From Selaginella moellendorffii (lineage: Eukaryota > Plantae > Lycopodiophyta), in assembly GCF_000143415.4 (NCBI RefSeq), contig NW_003314309.1, forward strand, positions 613,459 through 677,458: a stretch of DNA of 64,000 nt, read 5' to 3'. A program made the position numbers and the translations under genes. Position 1 is the first letter of the stretch; every line of letters begins with the position of its first letter. The notes under the pieces were generated by a model. That model searched no databases and had not been told where the DNA came from. It worked only from the letters and a program-made list of their open reading frames with translations. Positions 35,201-47,122 of the stretch are shown piece by piece.

Positions 35201-38200
35201 GTTGCTCTTCCTAGGCTTGTATAGAATCTCGCAATTAAACTCGGCCAAGGCATTGGCCCACCGACCTTGTTTTCCCTCAGGCCGGGCTGTGACAAGAAGT
35301 GTTTCGTTGCCACATTGTTCGTGTAAACCTTGAAATGTCTCCCAAGGTAGTGTCGCCACTCCTTGAGTGCCTTGACCACCGCAAACAATTCCTTCTCATG
35401 GGCAGACCACTTCCGTTGAGCCTTGTCCAACTTCTTTGAGAAGAATGCCACTGGATGGTTGTCTTACTTCAAAATTGCGCCCAATGCAAAGTCTGAAGCA
35501 TCTGTTTCTACCTGAAAGTCCTTACCAAAGTCTGGTAACGCCAGCACGGGAGCCTTCCTCAACTTCCCCTTGAGGTGGACGAATGCCACCTTGCATTCCA
35601 CTGTCTATACCATCTTCCTTTTTCCCGTTTAGTCCGTTAAGGGCAGGGCTACTCTCGAATAGTGTTTGATAAACTTTCGATAGTAGTTGCATAGCCCCAG
35701 GAATGCCCTTAACTCGTGTACATTCGATGGTCGCTCCCAATCCTGGATCGCTTGGACTTTCTCCGGGTCCACCTTGAGCCCGTCCTTGCCCACCACATGC
35801 TCGAGAAACTTTACCTATTGCTGAGCAAAGTCACATTTGCTCTATTTAACATACAGCTGGTGTTCCTTTAGTTTCTCAAACACTTTCGTCAAGTGTTTGG
35901 CATGCTCCTCTAGTGTTTCGCTATAGATCAGAATGTCGTCAATATAGATGACCACAAAGTGATCCAAATAGGGTACAAAGATACGGTTCATCAACGCCGA
36001 AAACGTTGCCGGCACATTGCATAGCTCGAAGGGCATCACCAGAAACTCGAAGCTCCCATACCTCGTTCGACAGGTTGTCTTCTCGACATCTTCCTCTGCT
36101 ACCCTGATCTGGTAGTATCCTGACCTTAGGTCAATCCTCGAGAAGTATTCTGCCTTTCCCAACCTATCAAACAAGTCCTCAATTCTTGGCAAAGGTACTT
36201 GTTCTTCTTTGTATATTTGTTAAGCAACCGGTAGTCTATGCACATGCGCATAGATCCATCTTTCTTTTTCACAAATAGCACCGATGCCCCATACGGCGAC
36301 TTGCTCAACCTAACATACCCTTTATCCACCAACTCCTCTAGTTAGCGCTTGAGCTTTACAAGTTTTTTTTCGTTCAAACGATAGGGGGGACGAACCACTG
36401 CCTCAACACCCTTGACTAGCTCAATCTTATGTTCTATCGGTCGTGTGGGGGGCAATCCCGCTGCTAGCTCCTCTGGCATGGTATCCTGGAATTGGTCCAA
36501 CACCCGCTAGATCACTAAAGGTACTTCTTCCGTTCCATTCTTTTTGTCATTTCTCATCAAGAGTAAGCACAAAAATGCAGCCTTGGTCCCTTTAGTGAGT
36601 TGTTCTCTCGTGGACACCATATTTAAGCACGAATCTTTGGCCTTGCGTTGCCCTACCTTTAAATTCTGGGCCTCCACTCTGGATCTTCTTCCTTGGGCAT
36701 TTGCCAGTACCACAAGGTTCCTACCTTGTCCATGTAGGGCTACCACAAACCGATTGAACCAATCCATCCCGAAGATCACATCAAATCCCGCTATGTCCAA
36801 CACGGTGAAGTCCATGTCTACTTTCCAAGTCCCTACTTCGACTCTCGCTTGTCGAAGTACCTCATCGGTGCTTTGGCTACCTTGAACAAACTCTATAGTC
36901 CTTGGTTCGCCCAGCCGCTGCACCGTTAGTCTGGCTTGCCGGACTATGTCTGCAGCCACAAAATTATCCGAAGCACCTGTGTCAATAAGGATTTTAACAA
37001 AGCTACCCCCGAGCTTCCTTTGGAGGGCTAGTAGATGTCGCGAACGACTCTCTACCAGAGTTGCTCGTGTAATGAGTAACTTTGAGCTAGGGACTGGATC
37101 ACATACCTCAATTTAGACTTCACTCGACTTAATGGCCATATTGGCTCTAGCCTTCTTCGGGAAGGGACATTCCCTTGAAAAGTGTCCCGCTTCACCGCAG
37201 TTGTAGCATATGTTGCTTCCCACGCTGCTAAACGACTTGACCTTCTTATCCATGGGTTTGTCTCTTTTTGTTTGACTCCCCCACGTACTTGCTTGCTGGC
37301 CACCGGATTTGCCCTTCCAGAACCCCGAGGACTCATTCTTAGAGAAACTCTTCTTGAATTTCCCTTTGCTATAAGTTCCTCTTGGTTTGGCTTCTTTGCT
37401 AAACGTGGATCCCGACCCCGTCGTGTTCCCCTTTCACAGGTTATCGTTGAAGTGCACCTTGATGGCCGCATCCAACGCTTCCTTGTAGTTGGTCGGGTTC
37501 CAGCGCATCACCTCACCGCGAGCCCAGGTTTGCAAACCTGATAATGCCTTCATATTATGAAGGCATGGAACGCATCTATATCCCCCATGTCCGTGACAAG
37601 TATCCTCTTTGCCATGAACCCATTCACATATTCCTGGATGGTTCCATTCTGCTTCAGCCTACTCAGCTCATCTCTTAGATGTAGAGTAGCATTTGGAGGA
37701 ACGTATGTTGCACAGATCCTCGCCTTCATCATGTCCCAAGTGGCCACTGGTCCTTCGTTGGCCTCCGTCGTTCTCCACCAAGACTTGGCATTATCTACTA
37801 AGTATGGTTTTGCACATGGGACCTTCTCCGAGCTCGGTAATCGCAACACTCGGAAGTAGTCCTCCATATCGTAAAACCAATCCTCCACCACCTTATAGTC
37901 ATTTACTCCCTTGAAGACCGGTGGGGGCTTTGGTTTGTACTTGGGAACTGCCTGAGGGACTGATTCTACTTCGGTATGTTCAACCTTGTTTGGTTCTGCC
38001 TTAGTCCCTGCCGAAGGGTCCGCACCTTCTGCGCTGCCAACATCCACAGTCTTTCTCTTTTTCTTCCGCTTCTCATCACGCTTTAGGTTGCATACGAGAG
38101 TCTCCAGCAGAGCATTGGTCTGTGCCAACTGTCCTTCTAGCACGTCCAATCAAGCCTTGGACGACCGAACCTTGCCACCGAACTCCTGTTTGGAAGTTTC

Positions 38201-41200
38201 CTCACTAGAGTCCTCCTCATGCAAGGATTCCTCATCCATAGCCTCTCGTTCAACCGGAGGCTCCAGCTCTTGAGGAGGTTCCGTCTCCGCCTTGGTTTGC
38301 TTCCGCCCTGCCTTTACCATCTCCCAGCAATCCGCCTCTATCCTTCGCTAGAACTGAGGAAAAGGCTCCGATTCCAAATTAAGCCACAAATTTTTCTTTT
38401 CCAATTTGCCAGCTTACCTCGTCTATCCGTCCAACACTGCCTTGGCTTTTGCTAAGTTCCCTCGCCAAGGTTCCCGCCTATGGTACCAGCTCCTACTTGG
38501 TCCTACTTGGTTTTAGCTACTTACTGCATGAGCAACGGAGTGTTAGCCATCCATCCACGGATTCCCAAATCTCTCCCAATCCCCCTCCCTGGGTTAGACT
38601 GGATTTAAAGTTCGGCTACACTCCCCACAAGCACAAGCAACCAAACATACCAAGCTTTTAGGTTCCTAACATCCCTTGGTACCACAAGACTTAATCATGG
38701 GACCCTCTAAATCCCAAGTTTTGGGTGCAACACTTGCTTCGGGACGCCGGGGCGAAACACTGTGGCCTAACGGCCTGGTATGGGTACCTCTACCCCCCCA
38801 CTTCCATCCCGAAGGGAAGGTCTAAGCCCTTAGGAAGGGCGAGGACCAATGAGCCACATAATACTCAAGTGGGGCACCACTCCACATGAGCTGGGAGCAC
38901 CATAGTCGGTTTCCCTTTCGGGAGTGGGAGCTGCTCTTGAGCACTTCCTTGGATGGCCCCTCTGGCACCAACCAAGTCCATGCTCACTCCCACCCAAGGC
39001 CCCTCAGTTTTAGTCCCAACCTCAAGTCAGTTTGGAAGCCCCACTAGAGAGTTCCTTCAAAACTGATTCCTGGACCTCACTATCCCTACTATACTTTTGG
39101 AACCCCCTACAGCCCCCCCCCTCCCTGGGAGACGCACGCTTTGGGCTTTCACCCCTTGACCCGTATTAGTACTCAGACTTAGTCTCTGGCTCGATCTCGG
39201 ACTCGATCTCGGATCCGACTTCGGATTCGGTCTCGGACTCGATCTCGGACTTGATCTCGGACCCGATCTCAGACCCGACCTTGGACTCGACCTCGGACTC
39301 GGTCTCGGACCCAATTTCGGATCTCGGACTCCGTCTCGAACTCAGTCTCGAACTCGGTCTTGAACTCAATCTCCAAGTTGGCCTCGGACTCGATTTCAGA
39401 CTCTATCTCGAACTCGGTCTTAGAGTCGGTCTTGGACTCAATCTTAGACTCAGTCCCATCTTATGAACTCTTTATCATTTGGTCATGCTTTCAGGGCTCC
39501 TTTAGCCTACGACACCTCGGCGAGTTGGTTCCTTACACCCTGGCCCAACTTTGTGACCCTCCCCTAGGTCTCTTATAGAAACTACTTTCTTCGGACTCAT
39601 TATGCCATCGCATAATCACAAATGATTTCCCTCAGGTGTTCTTCCCACTTGGTAACCTTGACCAAGCCACACCATCATCAATAGTTCAAATCAACACTTT
39701 GAACTAGGAATCATATTCCTCAACCCAAACAAAGAGTTTGTCCTTGTTTAGCCACAAGATCACCTGGTGATCTCATCTTGACCCCTTAATAGGTCTACCA
39801 ATAGGAATTAGGTCTTCCAGACCCTTTTAGATTGTTGGCTATGACCCCAGGGGCATCCCCCACACTTGGCAGTGTGCCCAAGCCAGCCCTTTCGGCCAAG
39901 GATCTATAGCAACTAAGACTGGGTGTCCCCATCTCATTCACCACGTCCTTGGTGCCCTTTGCACCAAAGTGTTCAAGTTAGATATGCCGAACTTTCACTT
40001 TGAGCAATTTAACTGTGCATCACGACTCCGGAGCATCTCCCGCTTGGCAGTGTGCCCAAGCCAGTCTCCTCACTGAGAGTCCATGACCATCGAAATATGA
40101 GTGTCCTTAAATTCCAAACCATCACCATGCCCTAGTGATTTGGGACTCGAACCCGAGCACTAGAGGGTCGGGACTCGAACCCAACCTTCATATATGCATC
40201 TATAGATGGTATCACACTGGATGCCTAGCATGACTCCCCACGCCAGTGCACCAACATGTACTTAAAGCGCGCTATAGATCACAGTTTAGGAACCTAATTC
40301 CTCCACACTGCCAAGTCCTCTCACTTGACAAGTCTGTGATCATGCATGGACTTCTCCATGCTCGGCCCCATGGGCCACCCCTTTGAAGTTAGCACCTTCA
40401 TCTAGGGGATTTGTTCTTCTAATTTGCCAATCTCACTTAGCAAGTCATCCGACCATCGTAACATGGCTCATGCATAAGTGTGAAAGTCCTTAATCATCGA
40501 CTTTCATTCAAAACCCTCTCTTTGAACACTTGGGAACTACTTCCCTAACCTTGATAGCTTCACCTTATGGCCAGCTTCAAGACTACGCTTCTGCTGCGCC
40601 ACTTTGATTTTGCACGCTCTAGGAACCATTTACACTTGGCTTTCTAGGTACTTATCTACCCAGAATTGTCTTTGGGAACCTTCAAGGAACTCTATTCCTT
40701 AGTTTGCTAAGACTTCTCCTTTGCAAACTCCCTACTCACCATATGATCTAACATGGATAATTCCACATTTTAGACTCTCCATGGCCTCGCAGTTGCTAGT
40801 AACAACATCTTTGAGCACCCTCTTGATTCTCCACTCCCAACTTTCATAACCACAATTGGTTATGCCCTTCGATTTTTATGGTTCAATTCCATCCCAACAC
40901 TACTTGCCTTTTGGCCTCATATGTTTCCTTTGGTTATCCTCCTCCAGACTAGGAGGATAGCTTTGCACATTTCACCATGCCTTAGCAAGTATTCATAGGG
41001 ATGAACCTACCCAATAGCTTAGGAAGTGGTTCCTCAATCTGGGCATGCTCACCTTATAATCCCACACACCGAGATTACCGTTACTACTTATGGGCCTCCA
41101 TATGCCCATCCCTAGCTTTGCCAAAATCCCATTTTTGGCTTTGTCCAAATCGGGTAGACAGATTCCTCCTGTCTCCACAACCTTGGACGTTTGGATAGCA

Positions 41201-44200
41201 CCTCCTATCCATCATTCGCTAGGGACTTAGTCCCTTAGGCCTTATCTAATACCCTTACGACACCAAACACCACTTCCTAGTGTTTTAGAGTGTTTGGGTG
41301 TCCCAATGATAGTCTTCTTTGGCAATGAGCATTCCCTTTACGACATTGACTTACTATATCGCAACATAAGCAACTTCTCCCCCATAAAGGTATATCTAAC
41401 TTCCTTATCCCAGAAGTCTTAGGTAGCTATCTTCTACCAGTTTAATCAATTATTTTGCACCTTTTACTTAGTTGCCTCATAGTTGTCAAGTCCTACAACC
41501 ACTGCTTGGTGCTTCCACACCTCCATCATTAATTGGGTCACCACATTCCAACCGCATGCCTTCCAGCTAAGGCTATGCCATTCCCATTCCCATTGGGATT
41601 CCCTTGGTAAGGGGCTTTCATAAACCCACCAACATAACCTCAAAGTATCACATTTTGGCACATTTGGTGTCTCCATACTATTGGCTCCACGAGCCTACCT
41701 TTATGACACTTCTTACTTGTGTCTAGGTCTTTGTCAAAACCAACCCAGTTGTTTCTCATGCCAACTATCCATTAGCACTACACCATAGTGTTCGCACACA
41801 ACTCTGCACCAAAGTGGCTTCTTCTAGGAACACCTATCCACGACTTTAATATGGCACATTTGGCCACCCATGAGATACCCACTGTTCTCATACTTGGATT
41901 TTATGATCCTCCCCATCCTCCGTGGGGCACAACACACCTCAGTCCAAATGCTTCCATTAGTCCTTTAAGACTATTCTTTGACTCCACTTAAGTCATTCAA
42001 CCTTTTGGACTTTTCCTAATCCTCTGACCTATAAGGTCTTACTTTAGAGGTGTTAGCTCCTTGGAATATAACTTCTTGTATTCATGTCCTACTCACCAGG
42101 ACCACCATTATAAGTGTTATTCCAACACTTGCTATTATTCCTTGGGGCAACTTTTGCCCCTTTGGACTACTTGTCCATGTGATGAGAATACCAACTCATC
42201 CTCTAAGTACACCCCCAACTCCTTGGGTTGTTCCAGCATTTATCAAAGGTAGCTTCAGCTACCATTTCAAGGACTTGTGTCCTCTTCTGTATTTGACCTT
42301 CCACGGTCATTAATTCTGGTCTCAAATTCATAAGCACCAACCCCAACTATATGAAGATAATCTTGTAACTCTTTTATGGTTTTGGAGTCTTTATTTTTCC
42401 TGTGATTCCAATTATAATTGTTTACCACAACTACATTAACCAGTTTGTTGAGTCAAACGTTCATCTAAATCACATCCTCAACTCTTTGAGGAAAACCTTA
42501 TACTATTCCCAAGATCCCGAAGTTGTTCCATTATTGGCCCCTTTCTATCCACCACCTCACCTACCAGTTCACACATAAACTGTAGTGGAGAGCCATATCT
42601 TCCCGACTAGCTACTCCTCACAGATAGGCCCACTTTTAAGACTTTCCGATGCCAACACCAGTGATGATATACTTGAGCACCAATAAAAGTTGGACTAAGG
42701 AACAACTCCGATACCAAATTGTAAGCGACTAAATTTTTCATTCTACTTTAGTCATTTAACCACACCTTTGACCACTTGGAAGAGTCTCATTCACAACTTC
42801 CATAAGTCCTATTTTGGACTTGGGGACTTACTAGCCCTAGGAATGGCATCCGTGCCACTCCACCATTGCACTTGGTCCAAGTGCTCCATGTATCCAGTCC
42901 CATAGCCGACACCCCCAAGGTACCACTGACATACTAGCTCATTACGCTAAGGCCATGCCCCTTTACCTTAGTCACACCGGTGGTCCAACACCACCTGCAT
43001 TGTAGTCCCGACTCTCAAGGACTGAGCTATCTGTCCAGGAGTGACCATCTAAGATCCACTCCTTAGCGTAAGATGCCCGTAAACATGAGGAACAACCTTC
43101 CTCAATATCCCTTTTACAGTCCCCACCAAGTCCCTCTTCTGTCTATGGCCATGTTTGCCAACACTGCCACTGGGACAGGGCCCGTAGGCCCGACCACTAA
43201 GTCCCACTGTCCTCTAGGATTTCCTCACCACATAACCATACCATTAGTCACTACACCAGAGGGCCACTCCTTTTCCTTTCCATAGTCTAGGACTTTGGGA
43301 CAACATTTCGGAACACCGTGGCCTTACACAAGCCTCATGGGTACTCTCCCCACCTTCTGCCTTTTGGTGCTTTAGCCATGGGCTTAGAGCGAGGTTCCGT
43401 TGAGCCATGCTAGGTATCCAAGTAAGTAGTGCCACCCACACTTGGACTGGGAGCATCGACCATTCGATCTCCCGGGGGAACTAGAGTCGGCTCTTGAACA
43501 TTTCACCAAGTTACCCCACTTGACAGTCCGTATTCACTCTAGCCTTGGACCTCCCAGTGGTTATCCCGTCACCCAACACTTGGGCACAGCCTTCTTGGGC
43601 CAAACTGACTCCACTAGAGTCCTCCCCCTTACTATACTTTTGGAGCTCACCAAACCCCTCAGGGTTTGGGAGACGAACGCTTTGGGCTTTCACCCTCTCA
43701 AATTCGAACTCGCACTCGCACTCGCACTCGCACTTGGACTCAGACTCAGGCTCGGGCTCGGTCGCGGCCTCAGTCTCGGCCTCGGCCTCGGTCTCGGCCT
43801 CGGTCCTGATCTCGGTCTCAGTCTCGGTCTCGGTCCCGGTCTCGGTCTCAACCTCGGACTCCATCTCGAGTCCTTCTTGAACTCCATCTCGAATTCCATC
43901 TCAGGTCCATCTCGGACTCCACCTCGGACTCCGTTTTGGTCCATCTCGGACTCCATCTCGGACTCCACCTCGGACTCCGTTTTGGTCCATCTCGGACTCC
44001 ATCTCGAACTCCATCTTGGGTCCATCTTAGACTCCATCTCGGGTCCATTTCAGACTCCATCTCGGACTCCATCTCAGACTCCATCTCGGATCCCTCTCGG
44101 ACTCCATCTCGGACTCTGTCTCGGTCCATCTCGGACTCCATCTCGGACTCTGTCTCGGTCCATCTCGGACTCTAACTCGGGTCCATCTCGGACTTCATCT

Positions 44201-44478
44201 CGGACACTTCCACATGTCATGTGTTGGTTCTTTTGGGTCTCTTTTTGGAGCCTCGCTTATTGCTCGCTTTATGCTTGTTCCTCGAGCACTTTGTTGGGAG
44301 TTCCACTCCCGCTTTCAACTTTTCAAGTCGGAGCTTTTAGTCCAAACGTGTTACGCTTGTTTGGCTTTCACTTCTAGTCTAAATGTGTTACGCTCGTTCG
44401 GCTTTCACTTCGGCCATTACCATGTGGCAGCCTTTTGGCTCCACTTTGGGGCTTAGGGATTTTGTGTCTCACAGCCAT

Positions 44479-46486
44479 TTTTACCCCTTTTGGCTGGATC
44501 AGTTGCAATCCACTTCCTTGTGAGTTCACTGTCCATTTGCGTGAAGCTCACCCAGCTGTAGGTAAGGGTTTGTTTGTGCTGATCTATTTGCCTTCTTTCC
44601 TGACTATCTTATGATACAGTGCCCCAAGTGCCTCAGGAGGAGCTACCGCATTGGTGCCCTTCTTGGATGTGGTTTGCGACGTCACGCTTCTGTTTAGAGG
44701 TCAAGACGGCGAGAACTAGTTTTGCATCTAGCGGGATTAGCGGAGAGCAGGTGCTCTTGATCACTCTGGAGGGCCTTGCCAGAGTGGGGAAGACTCGATT
44801 CCTTTTAGAGACCAAGGAGCGTGTTGGAGAGGCGCTTAAAGGCAGGGCATCAGCATTGCAGGAGCTTCATCGTGTTGGAGCTACGGCAGCGGTGTACATC
44901 ACCTTCAGTGGCTCGGCTGTTGGCCATTCATCACCTCATCTTCTGCATCCGGCTTTTGTGGCAATCTGTAAGGAGAGAGGTGATTACCGTTCTGGCTGGG
45001 TTTTTCTGCGAGTGTCTGTAGTTTCGCAGATACTGTTTGGCAAGCCTTGGGGTGACTTACTGTCTGCGCTACAGAATGAGATCCTTGGGGGAGATGACTG
45101 CGTGTCTGTGCAGAAGGTTTCAGCTCATGTGAGGAAAGGTCTGGCGGTAGCGGAGAATCAGATGGTTGCCTTGTACCTTTTGGTGGATGAGTCGCAGCAA
45201 CTGGGAAGGGAAGTGAGTGGTGGAGTTTCCCGCTGAGGAAGTCATGACTGTCACTAACCAGAAAAGCATGCCGTTCAGGAAGGCTTCACCATCACAGCCA
45301 GCTTCGCCAAGGACTGCAACATTGCCTTTATAACTCTTCTAGCAGGAACAGTTCTTCGTGTAGGAAGAAGTACGGGTGGCTCAAGGTGAACGTCACACTA
45401 CCTCCCTTGGATTTGAAATCAGCAGTGGAGGTACTAAGTATGTCTATCAAGGATAATCGTTTTCACGAATTTTGGACGCAGCTGGAAATACTCCTAGAAG
45501 ACTGCGGCTGTGTCCCGAGGCTGATTCGGTACATTTACACTGCATGGTTACATGCGCAGGTTTTGGAACGGCCAGCAAGGGATTTCATTGCGCACTTACG
45601 AACTTCCGTGACTCAGCAGCTGAAGCCATCTGTTGATCGAGTCATGCAGGAAAACCTCGACAACGCGAAACGAATGATTCAGCTTTGCCTCACTGGGGTG
45701 GTGATGCCAAGGCCACCTGTTGGGCAGATGACGAGGGAGGAAGAAGCGTGTTTCAGCGGTTATGTGTATTCTGAAGAGGTGGAAGGAGTTGTCTATAAGA
45801 GCCCGATGTTACTTATTCATGCGCTTGGACTGAGGTTGGGGATCCCAGAGAGGGTAGTAGCTCTCAGGCCCCAGCCAGCAGTAGGCGACGTGCTGGAGGA
45901 TGGCTTTTTCGACATGCTGCATGCCAGGCTTTGGGTGTTGGAAGGCCGAAGGCTTTCTCTTGGTGAGATCTTTCCGGGGGCCGTTGGGAACCAGAACCTG
46001 GTCAACACCAGAGTTGTGGTTGCGGCTCCGGGTGACGGAGTGGTTGAAGAGAAGTATCAGTTTTATAATCTGCAGTTGGAAAGGTTTTATAGCCCAGGTG
46101 ATAAACAAATGATTGGGGAGGACAGTAGACCCTATGTGCACCCAACTGAGGCACAACCCACGGGCGCTGGTTTCGTGTTCAAGTGCAAAAAGGGGACAGC
46201 ATTCATTCAGGATGGGAGAGTGTTCTTGATTGGTGTGGACGGGAAGGTGTACGAGTTCTGGTTCCAGTTCAAGGGACAGGAAGGCCGCGTGAGTCGGGAC
46301 GAAGCGGCCAAGTGGGCTAGAGCTGCAAATTCACCTGCCAAGTACGTAGAAGGAAGGAAGAAGGTGTATATTTTGTGCAGTAGGCAGGGCTTCAGTTTCC
46401 AGGACCCATGCGAGGAGGGTGATGTGCTCCTCGTGGATCTAGTTAACATCATGCAAGGGTTCTTGAGAAGGTGCCAACTGGGATAA
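44479..46486 (+). pseudogene. 3' part of copy C: P-loop NTPase plus PD-(D/E)xK-like nuclease (Crinkler/CR-type architecture), frameshifted
   Basis: Walker A EGLARVGKTRF, Walker B YLLVDESQ, VTLPPLD, EDCGCVPRLI (GxPR), C-terminal QDGRVFL...YEFWFQFK; frameshifts around 45236-45386. Confidence 0.65.
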
Positions 46487-47122
46487 GAAATTTGCGGCAC
46501 GAGAGAATGCTCACAAAGGTGACGAGCCGAGATCATGGCGTGAAAGAGCTCCAGTGATTGATCCACTTGCGCGGCCTGGTAATTTCGGGACCAAGAAAAG
46601 AATCAGTTTGTCTTTGAATTCAATCTATGCATGGTTCCAGAAACCTCGCCGCCTGCTTGCTGAATGCCTGCTGTGATTGCTCCACTCCAAAAGATCTGCT
46701 GCCGTGCTACTAGCTCGCCTGCAACTGCTCGAACTGAAAAGTCTGCCGCTGTGCTTGTCATGTCCCAGAATTGTGAACGTCACCCTCTCGCCTCACTTGG
46801 GACGAGAAGCTGCGTGCTGTGTGGCCAGGAACGAAAACGCGGTATGCAACAATAAGAAGAGGAAGCAGCAGCAGCCTACACAGCAAACTGTGGGATCATG
46901 GAATGCACAAAACTGGTGCTCACCTTTGTAGCTTGAGTGGTAGCGTCAATCGTGCTCGAGCTCCACCACGAAGAGAAACAAGGACCGGCCTACACAGGAA
47001 AATGTGAGATCATGTTCCAGGGAAATGGTGCTCACCTTTGGTGGTATCAGTCGCAAGCCTCGTTTATTGATGAAACATCACACAAAAACACTCGAGGAGA
47101 GGAGCACGCATCTTTTTTTTTT

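Larger units (their letters stand above)
24501..39537 (-). mobile_element. Element 2: Ty3/Gypsy chromovirus, degenerate; LTRs 24501-25659 and ~38379-39537; TSD CCCTG; split by element 3
   Basis: ccctg|TGTAAGCC ... CCTTACA|ccctg; gag (37550-38149), protease, RT (YIDD), RNase H and integrase on the minus strand; chromodomain EEEYKVEAIL..HVKWKGF..TWEPEENL at ~26100-26270. Confidence 0.95.
21440..44473 (-). mobile_element. Element 1: large, apparently non-autonomous LTR retrotransposon (LARD-like); LTRs 21440-23620 (contains the TRIM) and 42720-44473; TSD GCCAT
   Basis: gccat|TGTAAGCGACT ... GTGTCTCACA|gccat; reverse PBS CTCCGATACCA at 42706-42716; reverse PPT ACTCCACCACCCA at 23621; ~4 kb of own interior (23621-24500 and 39543-42719) with no gag/pol ORF. 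Confidence 0.93.
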
